Shown here in pieces: positions 1 to 64,000 of a stretch of 64,000 nt of DNA. Position 1 is the stretch's first letter; each line of letters starts with the position of its first letter. This stretch comes from Eledone cirrhosa (lineage: Eukaryota): positions 7,440,001-7,504,000 of the forward strand of contig OZ024765.1 of NCBI GenBank assembly GCA_964016885.1, in the 5' to 3' direction. The notes beneath the pieces are model-generated. The model was not told the origin of the DNA, searched no databases, and saw nothing but the letters and a program-made list of their open reading frames with translations. Position numbers and translations under genes: made by a program.

Positions 1-136
1 TGGTTTACAATAGGTACACCGTATCCCTGTATATCTGGTTTACAATAGGTACACTGTATCCCTGTGTATCTGGTTTACAATAGGTACACTGTATCCCTGT
101 GTGTATCTGGTTTACAATAGGTACACTGTATCCCTT
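1..136. repeat. ~35-bp tandem repeat (tggtttacaataggtacactgtatccctgtgtatc), truncated by window start
   Basis: About four copies visible. Confidence 0.85.
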
Positions 137-299
137 TGTTTGATAAAAGGTGACCAAAGTGATTGACACCAGGAACATTTTCTAGCTGTATAATATTTTC
201 TCAAAAATCTCCCCATTATAGGGCATGATTAAGTCTAAACATGCGGTGGGGCCTGCAAAACTAAACTTTAAAACCCTTGTTGTTGTTATTGTATTTCAG

Positions 300-58488
<58,189 letters not shown>

Positions 58489-58567
58489 GTATGTAGAACC
58501 CTTTCGTTACCTTTGTTTCTAATAAAAGACACTGCGATTTAGTAATATAACTAACTGTCTCGTTATC

Positions 58568-60110
58568 AACCCTTTCATTACCATATTTCTAATGAAAGAC
58601 ACTGTCTATGTCTTTAACCCTTTCATTACCATATTTCTAATGAAAGACACTGTCTATGTCTTTAACCCTTTCATTACCATATTTCTAATGAAAGACACTG
58701 TCTATGTCTTTAACCCTTTCATTACCATATTTCTAATGAAAGACACTGTCTATGTCTTTAACCCTTTCATTACCATATTTCTAATGAAAGACACTGTCTA
58801 TGTCTTTAACCCTTTCATTACCATATTTCTAATGAAAGACACTGTCTATGTCTTTAACCCTTTCATTACCATATTTCTAATGAAAGACACTGTCTATGTC
58901 TTTAACCCTTTCATTACCATATTTCTAATGAAAGACACTGTCTATGTCTTTAACCCTTTCATTACCATATTTCTAATGAAAGACACTGTCTATGTCTTTA
59001 ACCCTTTCATTACCATATTTCTAATGAAAGACACTGTCTATGTCTTTAACCCTTTCATTACCATATTTCTAATGAAAGACACTGTCTATGTCTTTAACCC
59101 TTTCATTACCATATTTCTAATGAAAGACACTGCCTATGTCTTTAACCCTTTCATTACCATATTTCTAATGAAAGACACTGTCTATGTCTTTAACCCTTTC
59201 ATTACCATATTTCTAATGAAAGACACTGTCTATGTCTTTAACCCTTTCATTACCATATTTCTAATGAAAGACACTGTCTATGTCTTTAACCCTTTCATTA
59301 CCATATTTCTAATGAAAGACACTGTCTATGTCTTTAACCCTTTCATTACCATATTTCTAATGAAAGACACTGCCTATGTCTTTAACCCTTTCATTACCAT
59401 ATTTCTAATGAAAGACACTGTCTATGTCTTTAACCCTTTCATTACCATATTTCTAATGAAAGACACTGTCTATGTCTTTAACCCTTTCATTACCATATTT
59501 CTAATGAAAGACACTGTCTATGTCTTTAACCCTTTCATTACCATATTTCTAATGAAAGACACTGTCTATGTCTTTAACCCTTTCATTACCATATTTCTAA
59601 TGAAAGACACTGTCTATGTCTTTAACCCTTTCATTACCATATTTCTAATGAAAGACACTGTCTATGTCTTTAACCCTTTCATTACCATATTTCTAATGAA
59701 AGACACTGTCTATGTCTTTAACCCTTTCATTACCATATTTCTAATGAAAGACACTGTCTATGTCTTTAACCCTTTCATTACCATATTTCTAATGAAAGAC
59801 ACTGTCTATGTCTTTAACCCTTTCATTACCATATTTCTAATGAAAGACACTGTCTATGTCTTTAACCCTTTCATTACCATATTTCTAATGAAAGACACTG
59901 TCTATGTCTTTAACCCTTTCATTACCATATTTCTAATGAAAGACACTGCCTATGTCTTTAACCCTTTCATTACCATATTTCTAATGAAAGACACTGTCTA
60001 TGTCTTTAACCCTTTCATTACCATATTTCTAATGAAAGACACTGCCTATGTCTTTAACCCTTTCATTACCATATTTCTAATGAAAGACACTGTCTATGGT
60101 TTTTCATAAC
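58568..60110. repeat. 48-bp highly homogeneous minisatellite, ~32 copies
   Basis: Unit ttaaccctttcattaccatatttctaatgaaagacactgtctatgtct. Confidence 0.97.
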
Positions 60111-60453
60111 CCTTTGGACTTGTTATATTTTCTACGATGCAGGGGTACTAACAATTTTATATTAGGCTTAAATGCTGGCTGCAAAAGGTGAGACTTTCAA
60201 GCAAGACTTCAACCGAACTCCTGCCAACAAGACATGTTGCTTATTTATAATAGTGTGCTGAGTCCATTTCTTTAATCCTGAAAGGGTGTTCACCTCAACA
60301 TCTCCCCTTTTGCAATATTCTTTCTTTAGAAATTAATAATTTTTTTTTCTTTCTCCTGACATCTCCCTTTTTGAGATTTACTTCCTTTGGAAGCTTAATT
60401 TCTTTTCTGCTTTCAGGACTAGCTGCAACAATTTCGCCTGTTTTCTTTTTCTT

Positions 60454-61098
60454 GTGTTGGTGGAGGGCGCTATAGAAGTGGTGGATAGCCTCCGGTACCT
60501 AGGAGATCAGATTAGCATGGGAGGAGGGTGTTCCAAGGCCATAGTATCTAGAATAAGGATGGGTTGGAAGAAGTTTAGGGAGCTGCTTCCTCTGTTGATG
60601 AAGAAGGGTTTCTCCCTGCGTACGAAAGGTTGGTTGTATGATGCCTGTGTGAGGAGAGCGATGCTGCATGGTAGTGAGACATGGGCAGCAACTGCAGAGG
60701 ATATGCGATGGCTGGAGAGAAATGAGGCAAGCATGCTCCGTTGGATGTGCAGTGTAAATGTAGGTGAACGACCCAGCATGGATGTGTTGAGAGAGAAACT
60801 GTGTCTGAGAGGGATAGAATGTAGTGTATGGGAGAGGAGACTGAGGTGGTATGGACATGTGATGCGCATGGAGGATGACCGATGGGTGAAGAAGTGTCAG
60901 GAAATGCCAGTTGAAGGAAGACATGGTAGAGGTAGACCACGAAAAACATGGGCGGAGGTGGTGAGAACAGACCTCAGATCATTGAAGCTCACGGTGGAGA
61001 TGACGAAGGACCGTGACAAGTGGAGAGATGCTGTGCTGAATAAGACCCGTCCCACCCTTGCAAGCAGGGAAAAGCGGACGTAAAATGATGATGATGCT
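60454..61098 (+). mobile_element. RTE-clade LINE, 5'-truncated, open 209-aa C-terminal ORF, (ATG)n tail
   Basis: YLG...RI..GW..FRELLPLL...GSETW...RLRWYGHV.RM...GRPRKTW. Confidence 0.92.
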
Positions 61099-61841
61099 GG
61101 TACGCCCTGGTTCGATAATTTCTTGTGGAGTCGACACATCAAATATGTCATAGAGTCCCTCCATAGGTATTAGAGGGATTTAGTAATATAAGTAACTTCA
61201 GGTTTCATCATCATCATCATCAGGTTTAGCGTCCGTGTTCCACGCTTGCATGGGTTTGGACGGGGGTTTTCCCACTTGAGGCAAGAGTGGTTGTCTTGCT
61301 CGCATAGGACTGTCTGGCGGGTTTTCTACAGCTGGATGCCCTTCCTAACACCAACCACATTTACAGTGTGGGGCTGGGAGGTTTTTACCGTGTTGCCTAC
61401 ACGGCCACATTTACAGCGTGGACTGTCTGGCGGGTTTTCTACAGCTGGATGCCCTTCCTAACACCAACCACATTTACAGTGTGGGGCTGGGAGGTTTTTA
61501 CCGTGTTGCCTACACGGCCACATTTACAGCGTGGACTGTGTGTTTTTTTGTCGTGACACCTACACGATCTCATTTGTTTCGGCCTGGATGTTGTGGGACC
61601 AACATAACTTTACATTGAAAGGGGCGGTGTAGATGGGGTGGAGGTGGTGGGACGGGGGGGGGGTGTTTTGATAGAGATGCCTACTGACTGTAGAAGGTTT
61701 CAGTAATATTAATTTACAAACACGTATTATTATGCTTGATAACTGTCGCAACAGGACTGATATGGTAAATGCAATGTATGTGTGTATGTGTGTAAATTTT
61801 AAAGAGGTACAGATATATTTACCGTATATACTCACATATAA

Positions 61842-62375
61842 TGGACTTGGTGAATACCCACAAAGTTTTTAACCATCTCGCCAATTGCAACCCTGAGCGC
61901 CTCTTTGATCTCCATGTGTCTAACACACGTGGACATGCCTACAAGATCAGAAAACAGCACAGCTCCCATGACTTTCGTAGACATTTTTTCACGCTCAGAG
62001 TTGCTGAAGCATGGAACAAACTGCCTGCGTCAATTGTTAGCTGCCGAGACACTGCATCCTTTAAGACACTCATGCTTCCCGAAATACGCCAAAACTACAC
62101 CTGATGTACCCCTTCCATACACATGCACACGTGTGTATCATGACTCGTGCACTGTTCATTTTACTGATGTTTGTGCATTGCCCTATGTACTGTACATGCA
62201 CTTTTTTGATGAGTTGTGGTGCACCTGGGCACTGTACACAATATTTCACTATTGTTATTATTATTATATCATGACTCATACACTGTTCATTTTCCTGACA
62301 TTTGTACATTATTCTATGTACTATACATGCATCTTTGATGAGTTGTAGTGCACCTGAGCACTGTACACAATAATT

Positions 62376-62412
<37 letters not shown>
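61842..62412 (+). mobile_element. CR1-clade LINE 3' fragment with (TTA)n tail, nested in a TA-flanked MITE (61821-62530)
   Basis: TRGH.YK......RR.FF..RV...WN.LP; MITE ends ccgtatatact / agtatatacag. Confidence 0.78.
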
Positions 62413-62416
<4 letters not shown>

Positions 62417-62657
62417 AGCCGAGGAATATGTGACCAAAAAATCGATGGTAAAATGGGGGAAGATGCTTGGATTTTTGCCCAATTTTTCAGACATAAAATA
62501 GGAGGTGGTTTATATTCAAGTATATACAGTATATTTCAGTTTAATGCTTGGTGTAGTAGATACTTGGTGATCGAAGTTTGTGGAGAAAAATATCTCATGT
62601 TGATGCACAGTCTGCAGCTGGTGGAGTTTATAGCCTGGATGATCTAGTAGGAAAAAA

Positions 62658-62694
62658 GTCTTAATGTTTCGGACGCTAGTCCTTCATCAGAAAT
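62658..62694 (-). ncRNA. Minimal hammerhead-like motif
   Basis: Minus strand CTGATGA-a-GGAC(tagc)GTCC-GAAA-cattaa; stem I weak. Confidence 0.55.
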
Positions 62695-63382
62695 AGAAAT
62701 AGAGATCAAAGAAGAAATAGAAAGACAGAGGAGAGTGGGAAGAGGAAGAAAAGGAAGCAATTTTTTTTTTTTTTTGCTGAGGGAGGGAAAGCATGGGTGT
62801 TTATTCGACCAGTTTATGGGGTGTCATGTATGAATTATGGAGAAAAGGAGAAACAACTCTGGTTTCTCCTTGTCCTAAGTAGATAAATCTTTCACCTTTT
62901 ACTAAAGTAATACGCAGTAATACAGAAAACCCGACTTCCCATGGGTACAAGCCGAAGCTGAAGTATATAGACAGTATGCCTCTGCATGCACCCTTCCCAC
63001 GTAAAGTGATCGTGTAGGAGTCACGACACAAAAGCACCCAGTCCACACTGTAAAGTGGTCGTGTAGGTGCCACAATAAAAAGACACCCGGTACTCACTGT
63101 AAATGAGGTTGGTGTTAGGAAGGGCATTCTGCTGTAGAAATCAAGCCAAAATCAATTCTGTATGAGCAAGACATGGTCACCTGACGTGGCATTGCCCACA
63201 ACAGGACACCCCGTCTAATCCATGCTAGCGTGGAAGAATGGATGTAAAATGGTGATGATGATGAAAGAGAAACAGTGAGCAGGGTTGTATTTAGACCTTG
63301 GGGGACCAGGCCCTTCATACACAAAAAATTTACATATCAAAGTTAGTTTTGAAATTGAAAAGTTATACATCTATTTATCTAT

Positions 63383-63941
63383 CTAGGGTGGGTAAAATTC
63401 TCAAGATCCATGGACGAGTTCTCTCCAGCGTTTTCTGTCCCTCATCATTGCTGCCATGTCCTGTGTCTTCAAGAGACCAGTGTCTATCCTTAGGGCATCA
63501 ACATATGTCAACCTTGGTCTTCCTCTTCCAGTGTGTCTATGCAGGAGCTCCCACAGGAGCACTGAGTGCAGTGTCAACTCTGGATGTTGGTGAGCATGTC
63601 CAGCTAACCTCAGTCTCCTCTGTGCTATTTTTGAGCTGACTTTTGGGAGGCTCCTGTACAGCTCTGAGTTCTTCATCCTCAGTTTATACTGATTAATGTT
63701 CAGAGCCATCCTCAACATTCTGAGGAAGGCCTTTGATTCTGTGGACCGTCACTGCCTAATGAAGATCTTACAGGCTTATGGAATCCCCAAGAAGAGAGTG
63801 GACCTGATATCACTGCTCTACACCAACACCAAAGTCCAAGTTATTACACCTGATGGGATGACAGAGTTCTTTGAGATACTGGCTGGAGTGCTCCAGAGAG
63901 ATACATTGATTCTCTACTTTTTTATCATTGCAATGGACTAA
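63383..63941. mobile_element. RTE-like LINE with 5' inversion (C-terminus on minus strand, RT core on plus strand)
   Basis: Minus MLRMALNI...RRLRLAGH; plus KAFDSV...YGIP...GVLQ.DTL; junction ~63720. Confidence 0.75.
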
Positions 63942-64000
63942 GTTATACATAGATGTATTAAATTCAAAAATTCTAACCATCCTAAAACTAAAAATCCCAG

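Noticed and set aside
58592-60109. 505-aa ORF of a repeated 16-mer
   Set aside because: 48-bp minisatellite with no synonymous-site variation pattern.
60120-60450. Possible extra exon or transposase fragment
   Set aside because: No phase-compatible dynein-like frame; the minus-strand Lys-rich stretch is too short to assign.

Overview
AT-rich, repeat-dense animal DNA; the SINE, RTE, Penelope and microsatellite content is consistent with an octopod cephalopod (inference). One + strand gene spans the window: 31 hand-assembled, phase-consistent exons (about 5.3 kb, ~1770 aa, 300..58488, open at both ends). They encode the linker end and AAA1-AAA3 of a divergent dynein heavy chain, most like DNHD1. 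Its AAA1 catalytic residues are degenerate, it carries large insertions, and one intron is probably GC-AG. The introns hold tRNA-derived SINEs, RTE/CR1 LINE fragments, Penelope-like elements, Helitrons, TTAA-flanked MITEs, a mariner relic, several minimal hammerhead-ribozyme motifs and many tandem arrays. Many arrays are amplified transposon pieces or amplified copies of the gene's own splice sites. Nearly all long ORFs in the supplied track are repeat artefacts.
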